Translations under genes and position numbers: made by a program | From: Neocallimastix sp. 'constans' | Lineage: Eukaryota | Direction of reading: 5' to 3' | Assembly (NCBI GenBank): GCA_050613775.1 | Contig: JBODTK010000112.1 | Span: forward strand, 434,001-498,000 | DNA: 64,000 nucleotides | Notes under the pieces: generated by a model | What the model was told of the DNA's origin: nothing | Databases searched by the model: none | Seen by the model: only the letters and a program-made list of their open reading frames with translations | Shown: positions 1 to 15,002 of the stretch, in pieces | Position numbering within the stretch: the first letter of the stretch is position 1 | Layout: each line of letters opens with the position of its first letter

Positions 1-705
1 TTTTCTTTTATTTAAACTAACAAATATAAGACATCTAAAAAGATAGAAGTTTGTTAAATAGTAATTATGCTTGCTTTAACAATAGCTGAAGTGGTTGTTA
101 ATAAAAATATTGTAGTAAAAAAAATGAAAATCATCTACCTTGACCTAGTTTAATAAATTTAAAGAATTTAATATATATAAGTTTCATATAGTTTTAAAGT
201 TATTAAAATAATAAAATCAATGAAACTATTATTTATATCAAAAATGAAAAATTTTTTATAAAAAAAATGAACAAAAAACTTTTTTTATTATAATTAGAGT
301 GATCATACATCATAAATCTCAAATTCTCTTTACTTAAAAGTTATAAAAGGTATATTATTATGATCTTATATATTTCCACAAAAATAGTTTTACACAATTA
401 ATTTAATTAATTCATTTTTATATATATAAGAAAAAAATTTTTTTTTTTTTTTAAATTATAAATTTTATGTACTAATGAAAGTATTTTATCCTATATAATT
501 TTAATATATATAAATAAAAATATAAATTAAAAATATAAATGCACATATATAAACATATAAATAAAAATATAAATACAAATATATATATATGAATATAAAT
601 ATAAATATATATATATATTTTTTTTAAAATTTTTGTACAATTAAAAAAAAAAAAAAAAAAAATTAATAAATATTTTTTTCATAATTCAAAAAAAAAAAAA
701 AAAAA

Positions 706-1283
706 AGGATATTATTATATAGAACAAATTAAAAAAATAAATAGTTCTATTTTCAATAAAAGAAATTGCTATTATAAATCCATCTGATGTATTTAATTCA
801 CTAATATTGTTATATTTGGAACATCGTAATTTGGAATATTACTGTTCTGATACAAAAACTTTGTTTTAAGGAAATAATTGATTTTAATATATATTCTTAT
901 TATCTTCCAAAGGAATATTTATTGATAAAGAAAAGGATAATTCTCTAATGATTTTTAAAATACTAACAAGATAAAAAGTTAACAAAGGTAAATATTCCGA
1001 TGAAATGGTTGTGAGTGTTGATAATCTTTTCTGTATGATCCTAAATGTCATTTTTACAGGTAAATTTGAAGAAAATAAAAAAGTTTGACTACAATATATG
1101 ACTGTAGTCTATAATAAAAAACTCCGTTAATAAATTATTTTTGTGTGACAATTCAGTATATGTATATATAATAGTAGTATTCTAATATCAATTATAATAT
1201 ACTAGAAAAAAAAATAGAAAAACTAAAAAATAACAATAATCATAAATATTCATACTAATAATAATTTTTAAATAAAATTCAAA

Positions 1284-1328
<45 letters not shown>

Positions 1329-1600
1329 AGGTTATTATGAAGAACAAATTGAACAATAAATAATCCCAATTTCTCCAAAGAAATTACTGTAAAAATTCAT
1401 CTAATGTATTTAATACTCAAGTTTTGTTATATTAAGAACGTCGTAGTACATATTATGGCACTAAATCAAAAATTTTGTATTTAAATGTATTATTGATAAA
1501 AATTTATTTTACTGCTGATGATTTCTTTTCAAAAATGAAAATTTATGATACAAATGGTGAACAGAATTTAGATAAACACAAGCCTGTTAAAGTATAAAAT
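706..1600 (+). pseudogene. Two diverged copies of a decayed coding-like segment (~706-900 and ~1326-1520)
   Basis: Copy 1 GYYIEQIK..INPSDVFNSLILLYLEHR aligns with copy 2 GYYEEQIE..KNSSNVFNTQVLLY*ERR. Both follow a poly-A run and contain stops or frameshifts. Confidence 0.5.
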
Positions 1601-2339
1601 GTATTTAGTAAAAGACAAAAAATTTTTTTTTATGTTTCAATAAATATTATCTTATTAATTCAAATGGTACTAGAACCAATATTATAATTATTTTATTATT
1701 ATATTGTATTTTGAAAGTTTAATTTTCAATATAAAAAAACAATCAATGTTTGTAATTTAATTTTCAATATATTTATTCTATATTAAAGATTAATTTTTTA
1801 AAAGTAATGCAACATAATAATAAAATAATTAAAGTAGAATAATAATGTTAATAACACTATTATAACTTAATAATTATATAATCTCTATGTATAATAGATT
1901 TAATAAATACTTAATAAATTTTTTCTTTTAAAACTATTGTTAAGTGACTTTTTTCATGCAATTTGTATAATAATATATTGAAATATCAACAAATTGAAAT
2001 TTAAGTATTTTTATAATCTATATTAAATTATTAATATATATGTATTAATTCTATTATATTAAAAATGTGGTTATAGATTTAATATAATAATATTATTAAA
2101 ATAAATTTTTATTAAATTAAAATTGATAAATATTTAATATTTATAAAACTTTATCAATTTTAAATATATATACATATTTTGTTATAAATATATTTTTTTA
2201 TCACTTAATCTATTATTCAATGAAATATAATATTATTTATTTACATCTATTATAATAATAATTTTTATAATGACTATAAATAAGTCAAAAATGTTAGACG
2301 CTTATATTGAAAGCATATTTATATTAAAAGTTCTTATAT

Positions 2340-2488
2340 TTATTTATTTTTATACCTTTATTTCCATATAAATGAAATAAAATTTTAATATATTTAAATG
2401 TATTATGAATTTTATTTATTTATTTATACCTTTATTTCCATATAAATGAAATAAAATTTTAATATATTTAAATGTATTATGAATTTTA
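2340..2488 (+). repeat. ~74-bp direct tandem duplication
   Basis: TTTATACCTTTATTTCCATATAAATGAAATAAAATTTTAATATATTTAAATGTATTATGAATTTTA occurs twice. Confidence 0.9.
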
Positions 2489-4402
2489 ATAGTAACAAAT
2501 ATGGTATTTTTTTTTTGAATAATTTTTTTGTTTCTCATAAATATAATATTAAATATAGTTTTTATTAATAAACTATAATGGTTAAAATTGAAATATAAAA
2601 AAAAAATAAAATGTTAAATAAACATGAACATGCTAATATAATAATTAATATTATATTTTATATTATTCCTAATATATGTACAATTTCATAATTTAATAAA
2701 TTAGAAATGATGTGTCATAATATATTATACAGATTAGGAATAATTAATTATTACTATTTTTTGAGAGTAATTATAAACGGTATATAAAATAAATAAGTAA
2801 ATAAAATTATTAATAATAAATAAATAATTATAAATAATAATATAATAAATCAATATAAATAGACAAATAAATAAATAATATGTAATATTAATAAAAAAAT
2901 AAATATTAAAATATTGATATTAAATAAATGAATAAAAAGAATAAATATATAAATTATTATAATCAATATATATATTAATAATTAATAAAATATTAATAAA
3001 TAAGTATTTTTTATTATTATAATTTTATAATATAAATTAAATATAGACATTGTATATATTTAATTTGATTAAATAATTCTTATTTATTAAATCAATATAT
3101 AATAATTAGAAATATTAAAAAGTATATAAAGGCAAATTATTAAAAAAATTTGCGGCTCTTTTTTGGAATATTTTTATAACTTATGACAATTTTAATATAA
3201 GAAATTATATCACATGATATATGCATAAAGTTTAAAAAAAAGAAAAAATGAGAATTTTCAAAAAAAAAAAAAATAAAAATAAAAATGATTCGAGAACATT
3301 AACATCATATTTATATTTAAATTTTTTATTTTTTTTAAAACCTATCAAACATAAATAAATTATAATATTTCATTGAAATTACATATGTATTACTTTATAG
3401 CATTTGAATATATTCATTGAAAAGTACACAATTGAATTAGAATAAGAAAATTCTTAATAAACACATACACATAAAATAAATTTGTATAATAGAAATAATT
3501 ATAGCAATTATATATATTATATATCCACATTGTATATATAATATTTTTTTATGAGTTCTATTAATACAAAATATTTTATTAATATATATATTATTTATTA
3601 GGAATATTTATTAATAATAACATATATATGAAATCTTCACAATTATGTCTTCGCGAATTTTTTGGATGGATAATTCTTTTTTTTTTTATTTAAATTATCA
3701 TATATGGCTTTCACTAAGAATTAGTAATAATTTATAAAATAAACTTTTTAATGTAAAATGAATTGAAAATAATTTTAATTATTAATAATATACTCATAAA
3801 ATTATTTTATAAATTAACAATATTAATTTAAATTAAAATAGAAAAATGGGTTTATTTTTAATATAAATTAGGAAGGAACAAATTATGTGAAAATTTGTAT
3901 TAAAAATATTAAAAATATTAAAAATATATTTATTTAACCATTAACTAACTAAACCGATTAATAAATAAATAAATAACTAATAAATAATAAATAAATATAT
4001 AAATAAAAGTATAATAAAGAAAAATATTACAATTTTATATAAACATAAATTTTGTTAACTAATATTCAAAAAATAATTGTATACAAAAAAAGTAGATAAA
4101 TCTTTATTAATGAAATATTAATATTATATCAATAGATATAAAATTTTAAGTTAAAAAGAAAACTTATTAAAATTTTATTATTTAAATGTTTTATTAATGT
4201 TATTTAAATGTTTTATTATTTAAATGCTTTATTTCGGAAATTAAACTATAAGTTTTCTTTTTAAAGTGTTGTATATAATAATATTAAATTTAAATTTTAT
4301 TAATAAAAGTACTTTCGAAGTGTAAAATAATACTTTGAAATTTCTATTTCTAAATAAATACTAATTAATAATTGTAATATTTTTATAAACCATACATTTT
4401 AG

Positions 4403-4448
4403 AATAAATGTTAATATTACTTTAATAAAAGTAATATTAACATTTATT
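4403..4448. repeat. Perfect inverted repeat (21-bp arms, 4-nt loop)
   Basis: AATAAATGTTAATATTACTTT-AATA-AAAGTAATATTAACATTTATT. Confidence 0.95.
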
Positions 4449-6281
4449 TTATTCGTTATTATTTAATAAAAAATATAGTTTAAATAACCTTAATACATAA
4501 TTTTTATTAAATTAATTTACATATTTTTAATTAATTAAAATTAAATTTTTTAATAGAAATAAAAATATATAATACAGCTTAATTTATTCAGCCAATAATG
4601 TTTAAATATTTTAATACATTAGCATTCTATTAAATAATAAAAATTAAAAAATAATATATATTAGTAAAGAATAATACTTAAGTATAATTTTCATCCGATT
4701 TATTTTGTATTATAAGAAAATTTAATATAAAATTAATATAAACTTAATATATTTAAAAACTTTAATTATTAGTAAATATTTTTATAATTAATTTTAATAA
4801 TAAAATTATTTTTTTATGTGTAATATTTTAATTAGATTAAAAAAAAATTAATTAAAATAAATTGAATCTATTAAATTTTTATTTGATTATGAAATATTTA
4901 TGATTGTGATTATACTAAAATTATTTATATCAATTTCTAATTATCTCTTATAATAATTATTTATTACATAATTAAAAATATTATTTGTTTATTAATTTAT
5001 TAATTATTAGAAGAAAGAGAGCAATCTTATTTATAATATTATGCTTTATTAATTAGATAAAAATATAAAATAAATAAATAACTATAAATATTTGGAAAAT
5101 TGCAGGTTCTATCCTGGAAAATAAAAAATGAAATAATGTAAAAAATAACTATTAAATTAAATTAAATATAGCATTAAATCATTTTTTGGAATGTTGTATA
5201 TTTTTTTTTTATTAAAACTTATATTAAAAAGTATATTATTTTTTATTAAAATTTATATTAAAAAGAAAGTTAAAATAAATATGATATATACTCAAAAAAA
5301 ATATAAAATAAAAATAATTCATAATATAAAATAATAAAATAAAAATTAAAAGAAATTAAATAAAATAAAAAATAAAAAAGATAATAAAGCTAAAGCTTTA
5401 TAAAAATTTTTTTATACTTTAAAAGGGAATAGATGGCTTTTGAATAAAAATTAAGAAAAGATATAAATATATAATAAATAATAATTCATTGCTATTAAAC
5501 CTAAATATCGATTTAATAAAAAAGAATATCATTTATTGTTTGTAGTTGAAAATATATATAATTTTAATTTTTTTTACTTAAAAATATACTTACAAATGAA
5601 TATTAATTATGGTGTGTATATTAATAATTTTTTTGTTTTTATTTATATTTATATTGGAAATATAAAAATGGAAATATAAAATCCATTTTTATATATTTTT
5701 ATTAATACCATTATTAATATTACTACATATTTTTGAAAAAAAAATTTTTTTTTTATTATTATCTTATTAAAATAATATATTATATATATAATCTTAATTT
5801 AAACAAATGAAAAAAAAAATGAAAGATAAATAATTTAATTGCTAAAAAGATTCATTTTTTTAATATATTACATTATAGTATATATATATTAAAATTTTCG
5901 GTGGTTTTTTTTTTATTAGACAATATATATTATGTTTATATTACAAAACATTCAATTGTGTTAATGTACGTTCAAAAAAAAAACAAAGAACAAAAAAAAA
6001 ATTATTTTTTATATTAATTTTTTTGATAAATGCTAAATTAATTAATTAATTAATTAATTTATTACATATTAACTTAATTTATTAGTAATCTAATTTAATA
6101 TTAATATAATTAAAGTTTATATTAAATAGAGTTTTAATAAATGTAACAATATAATATAGTATATTTTAATCTTATATTAATTTTTTATATTTTCTATAAT
6201 ATTTTAATCGCGAATTATGAGTTTAATTATCATAATACTTTCAATATTTGTATATTATATATTTTTTATTTTACTATATTG

Positions 6282-6323
<42 letters not shown>

Positions 6324-6772
6324 TTTGTTTTTTTATAATATATATTTTTGATTTACGTTAATTGAAAATATAAGATTTTGTTAAAAATACTATACTATAA
6401 ATTATTCATTTTTGAATAAAAATTATAAATCATAAAATATAGATAAAATTTTTAATTTTAAAATATTGAATTTTCAAAAAGATAATTAAATAATTAAAAT
6501 ATAGAAAATAGCAAATAATAATATATATATTTTTTTATTTTATTTTTATTTCTATTATTATTATTTTTTTATTTTCTTTTTTTTTTTTTTTTTTATTTTT
6601 TTTTAAAAAAAAAAATAAATCAATTAATTTTAAAAAAAAAATATTTATTTCTTTATAAAATAGATAAAAAAAAATTATTATTAAATATTTTATTTTAAAA
6701 GTTTTTTTTTTTTTTTTTTTTGATTTAAATTAATTTCTTTTAATATTTTTTTCTTTTAAAATATTTAAAAAG

Positions 6773-6823
<51 letters not shown>

Positions 6824-6939
6824 AAAAAAAAAACAAGTTTTTTTCTATTTTTTATATTCTACTTATATTTATATTATAATTAATTATTATACATTTACTT
6901 TTTTATTTTTAAATAAATTAAATAAAGAAAAGTGAAATA

Positions 6940-9900
6940 ATGAATAGAAATTCTAAAAATAAGCAATTTAAAAATAATTCAAATTATATTTCCTCTTCAA
7001 AAGCTGGAAATGCATATAATACAAATAATACAAATAATTCTAATAATATGAAAGTTGAAAATGCAAATGTAAGTTCGACCAATATAATTAATAATAAAGA
7101 AAATGATATATTTAATAATTTAAAGAAACCTTATTTACCTTCACCATCAACTGCATCACAGTATCATATAAAACAAGAAAATAATGAGCAATCAAGTAAT
7201 TTTATCATATTTAAATAATAAAAAGATTTTTTTATATATTGTTTTTATTTCATATGTTGTTTATTTTGTAATATTTAAAATAATAATATTAATTTTAATT
7301 ATTTAATTATTCTTTATTTTAACTTTTCTATAAAAGATCAAATAAGCAATTCTTCTTTAGTTTCACCTAAAGCTTCTCCAAGATTAAATAAGGAAATACA
7401 AGGTAACAGAAAAAGAAAGTTATTAAACGAATTGGGCTCAAATAAAAAAGTGAAAGAAGAACAAATAGAAAATATCAGTAATGAATCAAATACGATATAT
7501 GAAAAAAGTTTAAAAAATGAAGGAGTTACAACGAATTTATCTTATCGGTTTACTCAATATCAAGCATCCAATGTTGAGACAAATGGCTCATCATCAAAGG
7601 TTACATTACAACAAATTAAAGAACAAAATAATGATTCTGAAGCAAATATTAATATGATTAAGAAGGGTCCAACTGAAATATTAGATAAGAATAGCAAAGT
7701 TGAAAAAAATTTAAAAGATTTTGATAAGAAAATATTGAATAATAATTTATTACAAAAATTTCATTATCCAATTAAGAAAAGTCAATTAATTGCTTATAGA
7801 AGAAATTCTCTTCCTCTTCCTTCACAAATTAAATATAAGTGTAAAAGTTCACAAAAATTAAACACATATATTAAAAATAAAAATAGAGAATCCAATATGT
7901 CTAATTCTAATACTAATTCTAATACTAATTCTAATTCTAATTCTAATACTAATTCTAATGCTAATTCTAATGCTAATTCTAATGCTAATTCAAATGTTGA
8001 TAATATCAACTCTAATGAAATAGCTAAAAGTCATGTAATTAATAATTCTAATTCATCAAATACAAATGTATACCCAAATAATTTATCTACGTATCCCCCA
8101 ATATTACGATTCCCAGTACAAACTCAAAATAAGAAGGTGGCTATTCCACGTAATCATTCTAATACTCATAGAGAGGCTACTAAAAAGTTATTCCTTTCTA
8201 AATCAAAATCTCATTCGTCTTCAGTATTAGCAAAAATATCAAATCCAAATCCTATGAATATGAAAATTCCAATTCAACCTTTCATAAATCCCAAAATTCC
8301 AATATCTAATGTAAATAAAATGCCAATTCAACTTCCTACATTTAATGGAAAACTTAAGCAACCTGTAATCCCATTAAATAATATGAATATTGGTAATGGT
8401 ATGAATAATATGCCAAATAATATGCCAAATAATATGCCAAACAATATGCCAAACAATATGCCAAATAATATGCCAAATAATATGCCAAATAATATGCCAA
8501 ATAATATGTCAAATAATATGTCAAATAATATACCTAATAATATACCTAATAATATGCCAAATAACATGCAAAATAACATGCAAAATAATAAGCCAAACAA
8601 TATGAATAATAATGTGAACATGAGCAATAATATGAACGTAAATAATAATAACATGAATAATATGAATAATAATAATAATATGAACAATAATATGAACATG
8701 AATAATAATAATAATAATAATATGAACAATAATATCAACATGAATAATAATAATAATAATATGAACAATAATATGAACATGAATAATAATAATAATATGA
8801 ATAATATGAATAATAATAATAATAATATGAACAATAATATGAATATGAATAATATGAACATGAATAATAATATGAACATGAATAATAATATGAACATGAA
8901 TAATAATATGAACATGAATAATAATACGAGCATGAATAATAATATGAACATGAATAATAATATGAACATGAATAATAATATGAACATGAATAATAATATG
9001 AACATGAATAATAATATGAACATGAATAATAATATGAATATAAATAAAAATATGAATATAAATAAAAATATGAATATGAATAATATGAATAACAATAACA
9101 ATAATAAAAATAATGCAAATAATATGAATAATAATAATAATATGAGTAATAATGATATTATTAATCAAAGAAAGTTATCTGTAGGATCTAATAAAAAACA
9201 GGTAAATACTTCAATGCCTTCCAATTTCAATGATAATAGAATTCATGCGCCTGTATTCAATAACAATAATAACATTAATATTGATCGTCGTAATAGTGTA
9301 AATAGTAATGGCAGTAATAGAAACTCTGGAAATAATCAAATGAGTCCTTCATTTGAATTTAATAATATAAATAATAGTACTAATAATGTAAATAATAATA
9401 TGAATGGTATAAATAATAATAATAGTAATAATAATAAAAACATTTCATCATCCTATTCTCAAGGTCAACAACAGCCATTTATTAATAATAGTAATCAAAA
9501 TCAGCAATTTAATTCAAAGAGAATAGTAAATAATAATAATAATAATTACAATTCCGGAACATTTAATAATAGTTTTAATAATAATATGAATAACAGTAAT
9601 AATAACATGAATAATAGTAATAATAATAACAATATTAACAATAATAATATGGTTATGAATAATAATGGAAATAACAATAATGAATTGAACGTTAATATGA
9701 ATAATATGAATGATAATATTAATAATAATAATATGAATAGTAACATGAATGGTAATATGAATTATGGCATGAATAATGGCATGAATAATAATATGAATAA
9801 TAATATGAATAATAATATGAATAATGGTATAAATAATAATATGAATAATAACATGAATAATGGCATGAATAACAATATAAACAATGGAATGAATAACAAC

Positions 9901-11881
9901 ATGAATAATGGAATGAACAATAATATGAATAGAATGAATAATAATATTAATAATATGAATAATAATAACTTTAATCGTCAAAACCAAAGTAAAACTAATT
10001 TTAATAATAACATGAATCAAAGTAATAGCAACTATAATAACAATAATAATTTCAATAATAACAATAATAACTTTAATAATAACAATAACTTTAATAATAA
10101 CAACTTTAATAATAATAATTTTAATAACGGTAACAATAATATGAATAATACTATGAATATGAACATGAATAACGGAAATAATAGTTTTACCAATAATGGT
10201 TTTAATAATAATAATTTCAATAATAACATGAATAATAATATGAATAATAATATGAATAATAATATGAATAATAATATGAATAATAATAATAATACTAAAA
10301 TGAATAATAATAATGGATTCTTTAATAAACAAAATAATATGAATATGAACGATAATAATAATAGTATAAATATTAATATGAATAATGGAAGTAACATCAT
10401 GAATGGCAATATAAATAATATGAATGGAATGAATAATAATAATAACAATAATATAAATGGAATGAATAATAATAATAGCAATAATATGAATGGAATGAAT
10501 AATAATAACAATAATATGAATGGAATGAATAATAATAACAATAATATGAATGGAATGAATAATAATAACAATAATATGAATGGAATGAATAATAATAACA
10601 ATAATATGAATGGAATGAATAATAATAACAATAATATGAATGGAATGAATAATAATAATAACAATAATATAAATGGAATGAATAATAATAATAACAATAA
10701 TATAAATGGAATGAATAATAATAACAATAACAATAATATGAGTGGAATGAATAATAATAATAACAATAATATGAATGGAATGAATAACAATAGAATGAAC
10801 AACATGAATAACATGAATAATATGAATATGCCTATGAATAACAACAAAAATGGTAATATGAGTATGAATAACAATAACAACATGAATGGTATGAATAATA
10901 ATACTATGAATAATAACCAAATGATGAATAGAAATGGTATGAATAATAATGCTATGAATAATAACCAAATGATGAATAGAAATGGTATGAATAATAATGT
11001 CATAAATAATAACCAAATGATGAATAGAAATGGTATGAATAATAATAACATGAATAATAACCAAATGATGAATAGAAATGGTATGAATAATAATACCATG
11101 AATAATAACCAAATGATGAATAGAAATGGTATGAATAATAATATCATGAATAATAACCAAATCATAAATAGAAATGGTATGAATATGAATGGTAATAACT
11201 TTAATAATGGAATGATGAGCATGAATTCTAATAACAATATAAATGGAATAAATAATAATAATAATTATAATAATAGCAATAATAATAATGGAATGGCAAA
11301 TAATATGAACATTATGAATGGAATAAATAACAATAATAATATGAATATGAATATGAACATGAACAACATGAATATGAATGTGAATAATAATAGTAATGGA
11401 ATGAACAGAAATAATATGAATCGTAATAACAATATGCCAATGGATGGAATGAATAATAACAGTAGTATGAATGCCATGAACAACATTAATATGAATGATA
11501 TGAACAATAATATGAATAACATGAATGGAATGAATAACAACATAAATATGGGAGATATGAATAATAATATGAATACTATGGGAAATATGAATAATAATAT
11601 AAACAACATGAATTTTCGTAACAATAATATGATTAATAATAATAATGGCAATAACAGAAATATTCAAACACCTGTATCTAATATGATTATGACTTCAATG
11701 CCATTACAAATTAATAATGGTAATACAAATATTAATCGTAATTCAGGCATGGGAAATGGTAAATATAATTTTATATAAATATATGATAAATAAATGTATA
11801 TAAATATTTATTTTTTATGTAATAATCTTATTAACAATAATTTCATTAATTATTAAATTTAATTTTATTAAAGGAAGGTGA
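6940..11881 (+). CDS. Asn/Met-rich low-complexity (prion-like) protein, ~1,560 aa, probably nuclear
   Basis: Exon 1 6940-7195 (donor GTAATT at 7196) splices to exon 2 at 7337 (after AAAG), in frame with the 7432-11778 ORF. The end is either the TAA at 11778 or a donor GTAAAT at 11759 joined to a mini-exon 11874-11881 (G|GA AGG TGA). Contains RKRK-x9-KKVK (bipartite NLS-like) and >1,000 aa dominated by N, M, G and F. Confidence 0.8.
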
Positions 11882-12018
11882 ACTGTTAATGAATTAAAAA
11901 AGAAAGCAAAATAATATATATATATATATATACAACATTGAATCAATTATTAATTTTATATCAAAAAATATATATAAAATTAATATTATTGTAAATAAAT
12001 TGAACTAATTTTGAAATA

Positions 12019-12084
<66 letters not shown>

Positions 12085-12349
12085 ATTATTTAATTATAAT
12101 AGAATTAATGATAATAAAATGTATAATAATATATTTTAGATATTGTTATACTTTAGATACATTTCATATAAAACATCACCTTTTATTATTAAATTATTAC
12201 TATTATTTTATATATTAATATCTTAGAAGCTCGAAATTATATATATATATATTTTATCTATATATATAGTAAATGAATTTTAGCATATAAATTTAAATGA
12301 ATACAATGAAGAAAAAATTACTTTAAAGTTTAAATTTTTATAAAGTATC

Positions 12350-12595
12350 ACTTTATTGTATTCATTCTTTTTCTTTTTATAATAATAATAATAATTTATT
12401 GTATTCATTCATTTTCCTTTTATAATAATAATAATAATTTATTGTAATCATTCTTTTTCTTTTTCTTTTTATAATAATAATAATAATTTATTGAAATCAT
12501 TCTTTTTCTTTTTCTTTTTCTTTTTATAATAATAATAATAATAATTTATTGTAATCATTCTTTTTCTTTTTCTATTTATAATAATAATAATAATT
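12350..12595 (+). repeat. ~45-55-bp variable-length tandem repeat, 5 copies
   Basis: Unit TTTATTGTA(T/A)TCATTC(TTTTTC)nTTTTTATAATAATAATAATAA, with a growing number of TTTTTC units. Confidence 0.85.
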
Positions 12596-12690
12596 TAAAA
12601 TAATTTAAAAATAATAAATATATATTATCAATTCACATTTATCTAATAACTTATTATATATGTATTTTGTAATTTGTATACCTAATTCTT

Positions 12691-12724
<34 letters not shown>

Positions 12725-12804
12725 TTTTTGTTTTTATAATTATTTTATTATATATTGTTTTAATGTAACTTTCACAATTTTTTTTTTTTTTTAACTTTAC
12801 AATT

Positions 12805-12837
<33 letters not shown>

Positions 12838-13331
12838 TTAATTTTGTGTTAGGTAAATACTATAATACTATTTTATATATTATCATATTATCATATTTTA
12901 TTAAATCTTATTATTCAAAAAAATTTATAAATATACTTTTTAATTATATATTTTTATAAATCTATATATATAATTTTTAATTATCTATTTTATATATTTT
13001 TATATTTGTGATATTGACTTATTGTAATTATTATTATTTAATTAAATATATAGCAAAGTATCAAATAAGGTATTATCATTTAAAACCAATTATTTCTACT
13101 AAGTAGTCTTATGTTTGGAAATCATTTATATTTTTAAATTTTTTTTTTCCATAATATTTATATTTATTATATAAAATGAAAATTATATATTTTATGTATT
13201 TCATAAAATAATAAATAATGAAATGAAAATGTATATTATCTTCCAACTTTAGAAAAAAAAGAAAAAAATTAATATTTGAAAACTAAATTTCAAATTTTAT
13301 TATTATTATTACTATTATTTCTTTTATTTTA

Positions 13332-13383
<52 letters not shown>

Positions 13384-13682
13384 AGAAAAAATAAATATAT
13401 TTAATTAAATAATAATAATTTCAAAAAATATATATATGATATAACGGACTGTTTATAAATTTTCTCTATCTATGAAAATTCTCCTTAAAAACATCCTTTT
13501 TTTTTATTATTAATATTATAATAATTATAATTATATTCCCCAATTTTTTTTTTTTTTTTTTTTAAAATTAAATCAAAAATATTGAAATATCAAATATAAA
13601 TATGAAAATAAATTAATATTATAGATTAATTTATTTTTTATTACACCCAATTATTAGTTATTCCAATTATTTTTAAAAATTT

Positions 13683-13713
<31 letters not shown>

Positions 13714-15002
13714 TTGGATAATAAAAATTTTATCATTATCTTATTCATATTAATAACTAATAGCAATAAAAAGTTTATCATTTGGTATTAATATTATTAA
13801 TATTACATGTAGTATTTCCTTTATTGTTATAAATAAAAAAAAAAGAAGTGAAATAACTAATTATTAGTAAAATAACTAATTACATATATTTATTATTATT
13901 ATTATTATTATTAAATATGAATAATTAATAAAAAATTAATTATAATTTTAAAATATAATGAAAAATAAAAGTTTATGCCGACTATACTGTTGATGAAACT
14001 ATTGATTTCTTAGTTAATAAACTAAATTTTATTACTTATATAGTTATAATTATACAAACTAAAATTTTTTATTACTTATAAAACAAATCATAATCATAAA
14101 TTTTCTAATAATTTCTTTTTCTTTTATACTCAAAAAAATTTTTTTTCTATTTTTATATTTTTATTGTTGTTGTTGTTTTTAATAAAGAAATGAACTTTTA
14201 AAAACTTGTTTTTAACTTAAAGTTTATAAAAATTTTATTATTAGTAATAATTAAATAATTAAATATATCAATGTATATTAAAATATCGAAAATATATATT
14301 AATATTAATATTACACTAATATTATTATAAATTATTTAAGTTTATAATCCATTTGAACACATGAATTTGTATTCGTACTTCTATATAATAACAATATATT
14401 ATTAATATATATTTTTATTAAATCTTAAGAATATTTACTTAGTTTAATGCATTATTTATTTATTTTAAAACAGCCATATTTACGTAACTATATATATAAT
14501 TCTATTCATATTAATATTCTATATTTATATTGAATATAATAAATGATGCTATAATGCAATATATAATTATATAATATCATTATATTTATTTATTATGATT
14601 AAATATTAAGCTCTTTTTACATAAATTTATTAAATAATCATAACAAATTTAAAATTGATATAAATTAAACAAAACAAAAAAAAAAAAAAAAAAAAAAAAA
14701 AAAGGAATGGATAATTTATTAATTATAAATCAACCGAAATTATTTAAATACTTAAATCTGTATTTATAAAATAATAATTACTGTTTGTAATTAAATAAAT
14801 TCTTTTCAATTGCTATATATACATATATATATTGATTAAGCATTTAATAATATAAAAATATTTTATACTATTAATGTAAATTTTTATTCTTAATTTCTTT
14901 TGAATTAACAAGTATAGCAATATTTTATAATAATAAATGATAGGCGTTGTTTATCATATTTAAATATACAAAGCCTTGATTTTTTTTTTTATTTATTTAT
15001 TT

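Noticed and set aside
7794..11667. Long minus-strand ORFs (poly-I/H, L/F, Y/S/C) up to 717 aa
   Set aside because: Antisense shadows of the AAT/ATG-rich coding repeats, whose reverse complements lack stops.
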